Origin: Clostridiaceae bacterium | Lineage (GTDB): Bacteria > Bacillota > Clostridia > Saccharofermentanales > UBA5734 | Length of the DNA stretch: 64,000 bases | Direction: 5' to 3' | NCBI GenBank assembly: GCA_012523135.1 | Contig: JAAYJD010000295.1 | Location: 20,366 to 84,365, forward strand | Shown here: in pieces, positions 18,945 through 27,864 of the stretch | How positions within the stretch are numbered: position 1 is the stretch's first letter | How the letters are laid out: each line of letters begins with the position of its first letter | Notes under the pieces: model-generated | What the model was told of the DNA's origin: nothing | Seen by the model: only the letters and a program-made list of their open reading frames with translations | Databases searched by the model: none | Program-made: the position numbers and the translations under genes

Positions 18945-18992
18945 CCAAAAAAGATGGTCTTCCTGGTGCGCGGGGATGAGGCAACGTCAAGA

Positions 18993-19520
18993 TCAACCGG
19001 GCCAGCGGATGGCCGCCGGATTGGGTTCGTCGGCGACTGAGACGGCGCGCAGCGCGTCCAGCATGCGGGCGCAATGGCCGGCTGCACAACGCTCGAGCAG
19101 CGCCCAGGGCGAAGCGGCGCCGAATTCGTCATAGGCCAGGGCCAGCGCGCCGTACAGCGCCAGCCCGATGCTGTGCCGCGGTGCGTGGATCGTTGCGGCA
19201 CATTGCCCGATTGCCCGGGCGGCCGCCTGGGCAGTTGGGTCCGCCGCCCTCTCGCGCGCGGCCGCGTGGCAGGCCAGGATGGCCGCCTTGGCCGGCCCCA
19301 GCCTGATGCGGCCGGCCAGCCAGTCGTGTGCCAAGGCCAGCGCCTGCTGCGGACGCGGATCTTCCGGAACGACGCGCCGCACCCAAAGCGCCAGCAGCTC
19401 GCGCTCGGCGAAGTCAAGCGCCCAGTTCGCCAGCGTCGCTTTGCTCTGGCCCTCGATCTGACGCATCAGCGCCTGGATGCAGGGGGCGTTCCAGTCACTA
19501 AGCAGCTTTCGCGTCTTCAT
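18993..19520 (-). CDS. putative Imm-5-like immunity-type protein (uncharacterised)
   Basis: 175 aa from the ATG at 19520, 8 nt after a GGGAGG SD. All-helical, Ala-rich. The family assignment is from memory only. The 124-codon upstream extension in the track is Arg/Gly/Pro junk. Confidence 0.6.
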   Translation of the reverse strand: MKTRKLLSDWNAPCIQALMRQIEGQSKATLANWALDFAERELLALWVRRVVPEDPRPQQALALAHDWLAGRIRLGPAKAAILACHAAARERAADPTAQAAARAIGQCAATIHAPRHSIGLALYGALALAYDEFGAASPWALLERCAAGHCARMLDALRAVSVADEPNPAAIRWPG

Positions 19521-19660
19521 CTGCTGCCTCCCGTTGAATGAGCACAACCCGCAGGGCCTGCGGCTGATCCATGCAACGCCGCTGCCATGGCCCAACAGCG
19601 ATGCGGATCGCGCCTGACTTGGACCCATGTTAGAAAAATCTTGCCTGGCCAAGGGCGCGT

Positions 19661-22219
19661 TCATGGCAGCGGATCCACCTGGGCCATCCGCAGGATTGCC
19701 GGCTGACCGGCCCCTCCGGATACGCGGACGGTCCGGCTTTCGCCCGGCAGCAGCGCGAAAAAGTTGTCGTCCAGATCCAGGTCCGGATCGGAATCGAGCC
19801 AGGCCGCCGCGACAAAAGTCTCGGCCTGCACCGTCACCAGCCGGTCCGGCCCTTCGTCGCGTTCGTCCCGGATCACTGCCCGGGGCGGGCAAAGAGCCAG
19901 TTCGCGATAGGGCGTGTCCAGCAGGAAGGCCGGGATGACCGTCGCTTCGCCGCTCACTTCCCCGGGCCAGGCCATGTACAGGCCGCCCGCCTCCGGCATG
20001 TCTTCGTCAAAACGCACCAGCAGCTCGCGGGATTGTGCCGGCAGTGTGACCGGGTTCCCAGTCGTCCGGCGCGTCTGGCCGTCGTAGGTTATCCAGCCAG
20101 TCTCGAGGTTCATCGTGACCGCGTTCTGGCTGTCATTGCAGCCCATGACCACAATCTGGCCGCCCGACCGGCGCAGGATCAATCGCACCGGCATCAGGGC
20201 CCGGCGAACCGCGTGGTAGGCGATTTTGCGGCGGACGAAGCTGTCGACGATCGTCCAGCCGATTTCGCCCCAGCAGTCATTGTACATCCAGAACAGGGCG
20301 CCGCCGCAGCGCGCTTTAAAGCGCAGCGCCTCCAGTGAGTAGCCGAGCATGAGTCCCTGGACCAGGCCGGCGTAGAGGAGATACCCGTCCAGGTCGAGCG
20401 GCCGGTCCGTGAAATGACGCCGGATGCCGGCCTCGACGGTCAGCTTTTCGAACGTGTTGGTATGCTTTTGCCAGATCTTGCCGCCTCGTTCGACCGGATG
20501 GCCGTCGAAATAGCGCTCGACGCTGCGCCGGACCGGCGGTCCGGGGTAGCCGTATTCGGAGACGAAGGCGGCGTCGATCTGGTCATACTGGCGCGGGTCG
20601 ATGCGCCGGAGCATGTCCGGGTTCATCATAGCCTCGCGCCAGTAGTGGATGTCGCCCACGGCCGGGTCGTTCGGCTCGGATCCGCCGTAGGGCGAGCTGT
20701 TCCAGTACGGGATCCAGGGCGCGTTCTTGCTAAGGATGTCCGGCAACATGGCGTTGGCGGTGTACAGGCCGTATTGTCGGTCCTGGGTCAGGAGCTCCCG
20801 TAGACGGCGGCCGTAGATCCAGTGGTTTTCGTTGTTGCCGCAAAACAGGGCCAGGCAGGCGTGGTTCCTGAGTTTTTTGGTCTGGTGGTCAAATTCGCGC
20901 CAGACCAGGGCGCGGAAGTCGTCGCGGTGATCCGGGTAGGCCGCGCAGCTAAACATCATGTCCTGCCAGACCAGGATGCCGGCGCGGTCGCAGGCCTCGT
21001 AAAAGGCATCCTGCTCGTAAAGCCCGCCGCCCCAGATGCGCAGCATGTTGAAATGGGCCAGCTGCGCCTGGCGGATCAGGGCGGCGTATTTTTCCGGCGT
21101 CACGCGGGCGTAGATCGAATCGGCCGGAATCCAGTCCGCCCCTTTGCAGAACATGGGCACCCCGTTGACGACCAGGCGAAAACGGCGGCGCTGATCGTCC
21201 TGGCGGCTCGTGTCCAGGCGGATCAGGCGCAAGCCGACGGCAAAAGGCGGGAACGCGACGGTCCGCCCCTCGTGGCTCAGGTTGACCGCCACGGTGTAGA
21301 GCGGCTGTTCGCCCATCCCGTTGGGCCACCAGATCCGGGCGTCCTGTACGGTCAGGTCGAACGCGATCTGGTTGAGGCCGGAACGCAGCAGCAGATCGGT
21401 CTGGACGGCGATGGCTTCGTCGTCGCCGCAGCTGACATGGACCGCGGCATCGGCGTCCGCCGTAGCCAGCAGGTTGAGGTTGTCGATGTCGGCGACGATA
21501 TGCAGGTCGGCTTCGCAGCGGCCGTCCACGGCCCGGATCTGGCGTGTCTCGACCGACACGGCCCGGATCGCCAGCGACCGGTGGTACTCCAGCCAAGCCG
21601 GCTTGACGATGCCGCAGGTGCCGATACGCGGGCACCAGTCCCAGCCGTAAACATAGGTCGGCTTGCGCACGCAGGCGCGGCGCTTGTCACCCCGCTCCGG
21701 GCAGCCGTTTCCGGCTTCGGTCGAGACGGCAAAGTCCAGTTCTGCCAGATCGGCATCGCAGACGGTTTCCAGTCCGCTGGTCAGGCGGATCAATAGCTCG
21801 TTGTCACCGTCGTGCAGCCAGGGTCGGACGTCCGCGCGAAAAGGCACGTGCGCACTGGCCTGGTGGCCCAGCCACCTGCCGTTGAAAAAGATGTCGGCGT
21901 GCACGTCGAGCGACTCCAGGACGAGTTCGACCGTGTCGCAATCCGTCCAGCCTGTTTCGGGCCGGATCAGGCGGCGGAACCACCAGGAGCGCTGCTCGAC
22001 CCAGGCCGCGTCGTCGCTATAGTCGGCCAGGACCGGGTCCTTGATCCGGCCGGCCACGATCAGGGGCTGGTGGACGTCGCAGGGCAGCGTCAGGCCCTCA
22101 AACCAACCCGTTTCCTGGCGGCTGATCCAGCCGGATTGTTCCGCGGTACAGTCGAGCGGCGCTTCGCGCAGCATCCAGTTGTCGTTCAGGTCTTGTCTTG
22201 TCATGATCATTCGCCTCAT
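19661..22219 (-). CDS. glycoside hydrolase family 2 beta-mannosidase
   Basis: About 850 aa. GH2 layout with GNNENHW (acid/base Glu) and FVSEYGYPG (nucleophile Glu). No signal peptide. The ATG overlaps the sialidase stop (ATGA). Alternative ATGs at 22210 and 22204. Confidence 0.88.
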   Translation of the reverse strand: MRRMIMTRQDLNDNWMLREAPLDCTAEQSGWISRQETGWFEGLTLPCDVHQPLIVAGRIKDPVLADYSDDAAWVEQRSWWFRRLIRPETGWTDCDTVELVLESLDVHADIFFNGRWLGHQASAHVPFRADVRPWLHDGDNELLIRLTSGLETVCDADLAELDFAVSTEAGNGCPERGDKRRACVRKPTYVYGWDWCPRIGTCGIVKPAWLEYHRSLAIRAVSVETRQIRAVDGRCEADLHIVADIDNLNLLATADADAAVHVSCGDDEAIAVQTDLLLRSGLNQIAFDLTVQDARIWWPNGMGEQPLYTVAVNLSHEGRTVAFPPFAVGLRLIRLDTSRQDDQRRRFRLVVNGVPMFCKGADWIPADSIYARVTPEKYAALIRQAQLAHFNMLRIWGGGLYEQDAFYEACDRAGILVWQDMMFSCAAYPDHRDDFRALVWREFDHQTKKLRNHACLALFCGNNENHWIYGRRLRELLTQDRQYGLYTANAMLPDILSKNAPWIPYWNSSPYGGSEPNDPAVGDIHYWREAMMNPDMLRRIDPRQYDQIDAAFVSEYGYPGPPVRRSVERYFDGHPVERGGKIWQKHTNTFEKLTVEAGIRRHFTDRPLDLDGYLLYAGLVQGLMLGYSLEALRFKARCGGALFWMYNDCWGEIGWTIVDSFVRRKIAYHAVRRALMPVRLILRRSGGQIVVMGCNDSQNAVTMNLETGWITYDGQTRRTTGNPVTLPAQSRELLVRFDEDMPEAGGLYMAWPGEVSGEATVIPAFLLDTPYRELALCPPRAVIRDERDEGPDRLVTVQAETFVAAAWLDSDPDLDLDDNFFALLPGESRTVRVSGGAGQPAILRMAQVDPLP

Positions 22220-23286
22220 TCCGGTTTGTTGTCCAGCCAGGCCCGGTTGATGCGGGCCAGAACCAGCGCTTGCGGGCAGATGCCGGTCGGATCCGCCCGG
22301 CCTTGCTCATAAAAGCAATAGAGATCGTTGCTGTCGGCAGCCAGATCCGAGTAGCCGGCCACCGGTTCCAGCAGCCGGCCCTGTGGCCAGCTGCGGCCAT
22401 CGTCCCGGCTGACCCGGATGGTCAGGTCGGTTCGCTGCGGCCCCTCGGTGGCGCAGTTGCTGAACGCCACGACATCCGGTTCGCCCCTGTTTTGGGACCA
22501 GACGGCCATCCCGGCACAGCAAACCGGGTCCGGCAGGCGGTCGTCCAGCCAGGGCGCGGACCATCCGCCGGTGCCTTGATCCGAAACGGCCAGCGCCCGG
22601 CGCCGCACCGCCGTCTCATGGCGCATGTTGATCAGGATCCGCCCGTCTTGGCGCTCGACCAGCGCGGATTCATTGGGATTGACCAGCATAACACCCTGAT
22701 CGGTTGTCCGGGGCAAGATCTCACCGCAGAACCAGGTCCGCCCGCCATCTGCGCTGACCAGCGTGGCGACCACCGAAGGCCGGTGCGCCCGGCCGCCGCC
22801 GTTGCAGAGCCAGACCGGTACGAGCAGCCGGCCGTCCCGGGTCTCGATGCCGTGGCCGGGGCCAAGTCCAAAGGCTGTCCAGGCGTAGCAGGACCGCAGG
22901 CCGGCCAGAACAGATGTCTGTTCAACCGGCTCCGACCAGGTCAGGCCGTCATCGCGGCTGACCTGGTGAAAAAAGCGTCGGTAACCGGTTTCCCAGAGAA
23001 AATGGACCGGACCGGAGCGGGTGGCGATCATCACCGGGTTGTTGATCGTCTGGCCGCTGCCCGGCACGACCAGTTCGAGCCGGGGCGACCAGCTCACGCC
23101 GCCGTCGGTGCTACGGCGCAGCCCGATGCCGCAGGCGTTCCAGTCATCGGCGTCACGGCGGATCTCATAGTAAGCCAGCAAGGTTCCGGCCGCCGTGACG
23201 ACCAGGCCGGGGATGCGATAGCGCCAGCCGTCGTCGCCGGCCTGTTCGAGGATGGTCTTGTCACAAACGGCTTTCACGTGATCCAT
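22216..23286 (-). CDS. GH33 exo-alpha-sialidase (BNR/Asp-box), cytoplasmic
   Basis: 356 aa. YRIP motif (WRYRIPGL) plus four Asp-boxes (STDGGVSW, SRDDGLTW, SADGGRTW, SRDDGRSW). No signal peptide. Confidence 0.88.
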   Translation of the reverse strand: MDHVKAVCDKTILEQAGDDGWRYRIPGLVVTAAGTLLAYYEIRRDADDWNACGIGLRRSTDGGVSWSPRLELVVPGSGQTINNPVMIATRSGPVHFLWETGYRRFFHQVSRDDGLTWSEPVEQTSVLAGLRSCYAWTAFGLGPGHGIETRDGRLLVPVWLCNGGGRAHRPSVVATLVSADGGRTWFCGEILPRTTDQGVMLVNPNESALVERQDGRILINMRHETAVRRRALAVSDQGTGGWSAPWLDDRLPDPVCCAGMAVWSQNRGEPDVVAFSNCATEGPQRTDLTIRVSRDDGRSWPQGRLLEPVAGYSDLAADSNDLYCFYEQGRADPTGICPQALVLARINRAWLDNKPE

Positions 23287-24340
23287 GCTCCTCAGCGTCT
23301 CCTTCTTGTTCTGCCTGTTGCCAGAGCACCCCGAACCTGTTCAGGACGAGCAGCGCCTTGAGCGTGATCCACTTGGACGGTTCGCCTTTCTGTTCGATGG
23401 ACAGATTCATTTTACCATTGAACGTGTTCTCCAGCTTCCAGCGCCCGTCCGGAAGCCGCCTGGCCAGCAGAAGGTCCATGGCCTCCCGCAATCGCTCGTC
23501 CCACAGGCCGAGTTGCGCAAAAAGGCCCAGCAGTTCGAGGTTGTCGGTCTGGTACATCAGGGGAAAGCCGGGTTTTTGCCAGCCTGGTTTGGCGATTTCG
23601 GCCAGGTTATGGCTCTTCTTGAAGAGGTGGTGGATCAGGAAATATTCCGTCAGCTGGGTAAGCTTGGCGCGTACCGCCGGCGTGCGCCGCGCTTCGGGAA
23701 TGGCGGCCATCGCCTTGAGGGCTTTGGCCACACCCATATGGCAGCTGTGCCGGCCCCAGCACATCGGGAAACGGCTGTAATCCGGGTCGTCCGGGGGCGC
23801 CTCGCGCCCGTCGTCTGCCCGCTGCAGACGCACGATCCAGTCGATGGCCTGCCAGATGCGTGTATCCTCGAGGAAACCCAGCCGGATCAGGCTGTAAACC
23901 ATGTTGCCGGTCAGGCACGGGATGGTGCCGCTGTCCAGGCCGGTTCCGGCTTTGCTGCTGCTTGTCATCGAGAAGCCGCCGCATTCCGGGTGCCGGCTGT
24001 GCGCGAGGATGAATTCAGCAGCCCGGCGCACCGCCGGATGAGCTGGATCGGCAGCCAGCTCGGCCAGGATCAGCAACGACCAGACAGTCCCGGTGTACTT
24101 GGCCGTATAGAAGCGGCGCGGATCGCCCCAGGATCCGTCTGGATTCTGCAGCGCGAGCAGTTCGGCCACAGGGCCCGCGCGCATCAGGGCCGAACGGGCG
24201 GCGATGACATCCGGAGCATCGTGAGGCATATGCAGCAAATCGGTCAAAACCGCGTAACGGACAGCGGGGTCGTTTGGCTCAAGCAGCCAGGCGATCACAG
24301 GATCCGAAACACGATTGGATGCGGTCAGGTCAGGCACCAT
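23261..24340 (-). CDS. uncharacterised alpha/alpha-toroid (prenyltransferase/terpene-cyclase-repeat-like) protein
   Basis: 359 aa. NPDGSWG and LPDGRWK repeats typical of squalene-cyclase/prenyltransferase-type repeats. GGGGAGG SD. Its 3' end overlaps the sialidase start by 26 nt. Confidence 0.6.
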   Translation of the reverse strand: MVPDLTASNRVSDPVIAWLLEPNDPAVRYAVLTDLLHMPHDAPDVIAARSALMRAGPVAELLALQNPDGSWGDPRRFYTAKYTGTVWSLLILAELAADPAHPAVRRAAEFILAHSRHPECGGFSMTSSSKAGTGLDSGTIPCLTGNMVYSLIRLGFLEDTRIWQAIDWIVRLQRADDGREAPPDDPDYSRFPMCWGRHSCHMGVAKALKAMAAIPEARRTPAVRAKLTQLTEYFLIHHLFKKSHNLAEIAKPGWQKPGFPLMYQTDNLELLGLFAQLGLWDERLREAMDLLLARRLPDGRWKLENTFNGKMNLSIEQKGEPSKWITLKALLVLNRFGVLWQQAEQEGDAEEHGSRESRL

Positions 24341-24418
24341 CCGAGGACCTCCCCTCTGCCATGCAAGAACACCAACAGCTTAGCACAGCCGGCATGCGTC
24401 GGCAATTGGACCCGGGGC

Positions 24419-24447
24419 TTGGCTCACCGGACCGGATGCGCTAAGAT
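24419..24447 (+). promoter_or_regulatory. candidate promoter of the GNAT gene
   Basis: TTGGCT, 17-nt spacer, TAAGAT. Confidence 0.4.
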
Positions 24448-24470
24448 ACCCATGAGGAAAACCACAGATC

Positions 24471-25061
24471 ATGAAGCGAGGTCAGACCATGAACGTTTCG
24501 ATTCGGGCCTACCAGGAGCAGGACCTTGACACCATGCTCGCTATCTGGAACGAAGTCGTCGCTGAGGGAATTGCGTTTCCCCAGACCGAACGGCTTGACC
24601 GCCGGGGCGGGGCAGCATTTTTTGCCAGCCAGAGCCTGACCGCCGTTGCCGAAACGGACGGCGTTGCCGTCGGATTGTACATCCTGCACCCAAACAACAT
24701 CGGCCGCTGCGGCCACATCGCCAACGCCAGCTATGCCGTCCGCTCCGCCGACCGGGGACTCAAGATCGGCGAACAGCTGGTGCGGCATTCCCTGGCCATG
24801 GCCAGAGAACTGGGGTTTCGCATCATGCAGTTCAACGCGGTGGTCGCGACTAACGGCCCGGCCATGCACCTGTACGATAAGCTGGGGTTTGTCCGCCTGG
24901 GCACGATTCCGGGCGGTTTCCGGATGAAAGACGGCCGTTTCGAGGATATCGTTTTGTTTTATCATCTGTTGGGACGAGATCAGCCAGGCAGTCAAAACTG
25001 CCTGGCTGAAACGCCTGGTATGCCGCCCGATGAAGGTTGCGGATCAGACCGATGGGCCTGA
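24471..25061 (+). CDS. GNAT family N-acetyltransferase
   Basis: 196 aa. Acetyl-CoA motif region RGLKIGEQLVRHSLAMARELGF. Alternative ATG at 24489. Confidence 0.85.
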   Translation: MKRGQTMNVSIRAYQEQDLDTMLAIWNEVVAEGIAFPQTERLDRRGGAAFFASQSLTAVAETDGVAVGLYILHPNNIGRCGHIANASYAVRSADRGLKIGEQLVRHSLAMARELGFRIMQFNAVVATNGPAMHLYDKLGFVRLGTIPGGFRMKDGRFEDIVLFYHLLGRDQPGSQNCLAETPGMPPDEGCGSDRWA

Positions 25062-25103
25062 TGCGTGGGTTCTATCCGTCGGAGAAAACCACAATCGGGC
25101 CGG

Positions 25104-26018
25104 TTATTGCCGCCGGATGGTGCCAAACAGCGGACAGAACACCGCTTCCGATTCAATCCCTTCCCCGCGTTCGTAACGGTAAAACCGGTCCGGACGGATA
25201 GACGATTCGCCGGGTGCGTTCATCGCCGCCAGCATCTGGCGGACCGATTTGGCGTCGTCCCGGATCCAGCTTTGCTCCAACAGGGCGTTTGCCCGAAAAT
25301 ACTTCTCCAGGCGGCCGGTCGCCGCGCGCGTCCGGATCTCGGCAGGCTTTTGTCCCAGGCTTTCATCGGCGGCGATATCCGCTTCGATCTGGCGGGCAAC
25401 ATCCTGCAGGGCTTTGGCTCCGAGGTCATCGCGGGAAACAAACAGCGGTTTCATGGCCGCGATCTGCATGGCCAGTTCCCTGGCGACGCTCTCCCACTGG
25501 GCCGGTCCGATGCTGTCCGGTCCGGTCAAACTCAGGATGACCCCGATCTTCCCGTCCTGGTGCATGTAGGCATAGGGCATGGATCCGGACAGCGTGGCAA
25601 AACGCCGGATCACGATGTTCTCGCCGTAGGTGATGACCATCTTTTGCACCAGCTCGCCCACCGTCATCCCATGCTGCGGCAAGCGGATACGCTGGAGCGC
25701 AGCCACGTCGTCCGGCAGATGCAGGGCGATCGCCTCGGCGATGGTTTCGACCTGGGTCCTGAAAAGCGCGTTTTGGACCACAAAATCGGTCTGCGTGTTC
25801 ACTTCGAGCAGCACGGCGCGCCGGCCGTACATCCTGGCCAGCGCGAGGCCGTCAGCGGCTGTCCGCTCGGCTTTCCGCTCAGCCGTCCGGGCGCCCTTCT
25901 GCAGCAGGCTCGAAATGGCCTTAGCCATATCGCCGTCGTGTTCCGCCAGGGCCGCCCGGCAATCGGCCAGACCGGCACCCGTCTCGCGTCGCAAGGTCTG
26001 AATCGCTTCAATGTTCAT
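25104..26018 (-). CDS. tsf: elongation factor Ts homologue (divergent; paralogue or relocated tsf)
   Basis: 304 aa from the ATG at 26018 (GGAG SD). UBA-like N-terminus LRRETGAGLADCRAALAEHDGDMAKAI and EF-Tu-contact motif VNTQTDFVVQN. The ATG overlaps the PadR stop (ATGA). No rpsB is upstream. Confidence 0.82.
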   Translation of the reverse strand: MNIEAIQTLRRETGAGLADCRAALAEHDGDMAKAISSLLQKGARTAERKAERTAADGLALARMYGRRAVLLEVNTQTDFVVQNALFRTQVETIAEAIALHLPDDVAALQRIRLPQHGMTVGELVQKMVITYGENIVIRRFATLSGSMPYAYMHQDGKIGVILSLTGPDSIGPAQWESVARELAMQIAAMKPLFVSRDDLGAKALQDVARQIEADIAADESLGQKPAEIRTRAATGRLEKYFRANALLEQSWIRDDAKSVRQMLAAMNAPGESSIRPDRFYRYERGEGIESEAVFCPLFGTIRRQ

Positions 26019-26554
26019 GGGTTCGACTCCGTTCTCTGCTGCCATTCGGTCAGGGCCTGCCTGGCCCAGTCCAGCTCCGCCTGGTAAAAACGGTCCAGGT
26101 TTTTGTAAAGCTGGCGATCCAGCCATGACGCGCCGGCAAGGCTGCGGCGCCGGTGGCGCTCGTGTTCCATCGCCTGGCGCATCGCCAGTTCCTCCCGGTA
26201 TCGCTCCAGCATCGCCCGCACGCGTCCGGGTGCGGCGGTGACAGCCAGGGACAGCTGCACCAAAAAAGGATTGCGGAATTCAGGCGGTTCCACCGGCGCG
26301 GATTCGAGCCAGGCGGACAGGGCCTCACGCCCCGCATCTGTGACCGCGTAGACCTTCTTGGACGGCGCGCCGTCCTGGTGGATCGTTTCGCTGCTCAGGC
26401 AGGCCTGGCCAACCAGGCTTAGCAGCGCCTTGTAAATCTGGTTGTTGTTCCCGGACCAATACAGGCAGCTGGAAGCGGCTATGACCTTCTTGAGGTCGTA
26501 ACCGGTCATCGGTTTTTCGGACAGCAGCCCGAGGATGGTGTATTCGAGCAACAT
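26015..26554 (-). CDS. PadR family transcriptional regulator
   Basis: 179 aa. Winged-HTH start LLEYTILGLLSEKPMTGYDLKK. GGGAGG SD 7 nt upstream. Confidence 0.9.
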   Translation of the reverse strand: MLLEYTILGLLSEKPMTGYDLKKVIAASSCLYWSGNNNQIYKALLSLVGQACLSSETIHQDGAPSKKVYAVTDAGREALSAWLESAPVEPPEFRNPFLVQLSLAVTAAPGRVRAMLERYREELAMRQAMEHERHRRRSLAGASWLDRQLYKNLDRFYQAELDWARQALTEWQQRTESNP

Positions 26555-26572
26555 GACATAACCTCCCGTTAT

Positions 26573-26594
26573 CTTATGTTACTTGTAACATAAG
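26573..26594. promoter_or_regulatory. PadR-type operator (perfect palindrome)
   Basis: CTTATGTTAC-TT-GTAACATAAG with 10-bp perfect arms. It contains ATGT-N8-ACAT, the motif described for PadR operators. It overlaps the predicted -10 of the padR promoter. Confidence 0.65.
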
Positions 26595-26610
26595 AAATCA
26601 CACGTGTCAA
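26582..26610 (-). promoter_or_regulatory. promoter of the padR-tsf-like operon
   Basis: On the - strand: consensus TTGACA, 17-nt spacer, TACAAG. The -10 and spacer are buried in the palindrome. Confidence 0.55.
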
Positions 26611-26625
26611 GCAGCGATGGACCCG

Positions 26626-26655
26626 TTGGCATCTCGGACCCGGAAGCGGTAAGAT
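26626..26655 (+). promoter_or_regulatory. candidate promoter of the URO-D-like gene
   Basis: TTGGCA, 18-nt spacer, TAAGAT. Confidence 0.4.
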
Positions 26656-26689
26656 AGACGCAACAGACGACGTGCCCGAGGAGGTCCTT

Positions 26690-27748
26690 ATGTCATACAC
26701 AGACGGTATGGCCGCAATCCACCTGGAGATGCCGGCCCGCATTCCCCGCACCGAGTACTCGGCAGACAGCCTTTGGGAACTGGTCTCCGCCGTGACCGGC
26801 CTGGCCGTCAGCCAGGCCAGCCCGGATGACGTCAAGGCGCGGGCCCGCCAGGCCTTCATGAAAGCCTGGTCCTACGACTTGCGCTGGTCAATCTTGATCG
26901 GCAGACAGGAATTCGGCGACCGACGCACCCGCATGGGGCATGCCGTCTATGCCGCGGAAGGCACTGACTACGACGACCGGATCTCGGTCCTGTTCGATGA
27001 CCCGGAAGCGGCCCTTGCCTTCGATCCCCTGTCGCTGTACGGCAGCCAGGATCAGGCGATGCTGGTCAGGCGCTTCAACGAGCACTTTGCGGCCAACTGC
27101 GCCTTCTTCCCGGACGCGGTCAACATGACCGGCGTCTACATCACCTGCATGTCCGGCCTGATCGATATCTTCGGCTGGAACACCCTGCTGACGGCTGCCG
27201 GCATCGACAGCGAGGCCTTCGGCCAGATGACCAACCGCTACGCCAACTGGATTCTGCCCTATTTCGAAGCGCTGGCCCTGTCCGACACGCCCGTCGTGAT
27301 GGTGCACGACGACATTGTCTGGACCAGCGGCGCGTTCATCCACCCGCAGTGGTACCGGCGGTTCATCTTCCCCAACTACCGGCGGTTCATGCGGCCGCTG
27401 CTGGATTGCGGCAAAAAGGTCCTCTTCACGTCGGACGGCACGTATACGGAATTCATTGCGGACTTGGCCGCCTGCGGCTTTCACGGGTTCGTCTTCGAGC
27501 CCACGACCGACCTGGCGCTCTTGGCCGAACAATACGGCCAGACGCATGTCCTGGTCGGCAATGCCGATACGCGTATCCTGCTGCTGGGCGACCGGGCGGC
27601 CATTCGCGCCGAGGTGGCCCGCTGCCTTGCAATCGGGCGGCACTGCCCGGGGTTTTTCCTGGCTGTCGGCAACCACATCCCGGCCAACACCCCTGTGGAC
27701 AACGCCCTCTACTACCAGGCGGTCTACGAGGAGCTCTGCCGGCGCTGA
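26690..27748 (+). CDS. uroporphyrinogen-decarboxylase-fold (URO-D / MtaA-like) family protein
   Basis: 352 aa from the ATG at 26690 (GAGGAGG SD 5 nt upstream). The C-terminal half resembles the URO-D / methylcobamide methyltransferase family. The assignment is tentative. Confidence 0.6.
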   Translation: MSYTDGMAAIHLEMPARIPRTEYSADSLWELVSAVTGLAVSQASPDDVKARARQAFMKAWSYDLRWSILIGRQEFGDRRTRMGHAVYAAEGTDYDDRISVLFDDPEAALAFDPLSLYGSQDQAMLVRRFNEHFAANCAFFPDAVNMTGVYITCMSGLIDIFGWNTLLTAAGIDSEAFGQMTNRYANWILPYFEALALSDTPVVMVHDDIVWTSGAFIHPQWYRRFIFPNYRRFMRPLLDCGKKVLFTSDGTYTEFIADLAACGFHGFVFEPTTDLALLAEQYGQTHVLVGNADTRILLLGDRAAIRAEVARCLAIGRHCPGFFLAVGNHIPANTPVDNALYYQAVYEELCRR

Positions 27749-27807
27749 CTGCGGTTTTCGGTGTGCGCAGGCGACGTGCATATTTATTGTTAAATATTAA
27801 TATTTTA

Positions 27808-27836
27808 TTGACATTCGATAAATAATGGTGTATGTT
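27808..27836 (+). promoter_or_regulatory. promoter of the DUF2975-XRE operon in an AT-rich patch
   Basis: Consensus TTGACA, 17-nt spacer, TATGTT. AT-rich UP-like tract upstream (27780-27807). Confidence 0.55.
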
Positions 27837-27849
27837 ACCCCTATGTAAC
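27834..27849. promoter_or_regulatory. inverted repeat GTTAC-N6-GTAAC between -10 and SD
   Basis: 5-bp arms. Candidate autoregulatory site of the downstream XRE regulator. Weak on statistics alone. Confidence 0.3.
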
Positions 27850-27864
27850 CAAGGAGGTGGCTAT

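Noticed and set aside
19521-19892. N-terminal extension of the Imm-like ORF. Analogous extensions occur at 56867-57163 (YebC), 53815-53955 (ppa), 26019-26126 (EF-Ts homologue), 45494-45559 (galT), 42023-42088 (epimerase) and 49870-50052 (DUF438 gene).
   Set aside because: The extensions are Arg/Pro/Gly-rich. Internal start codons are preceded by GGAGG-type SDs at proper spacing and coincide with the conserved family N-termini.
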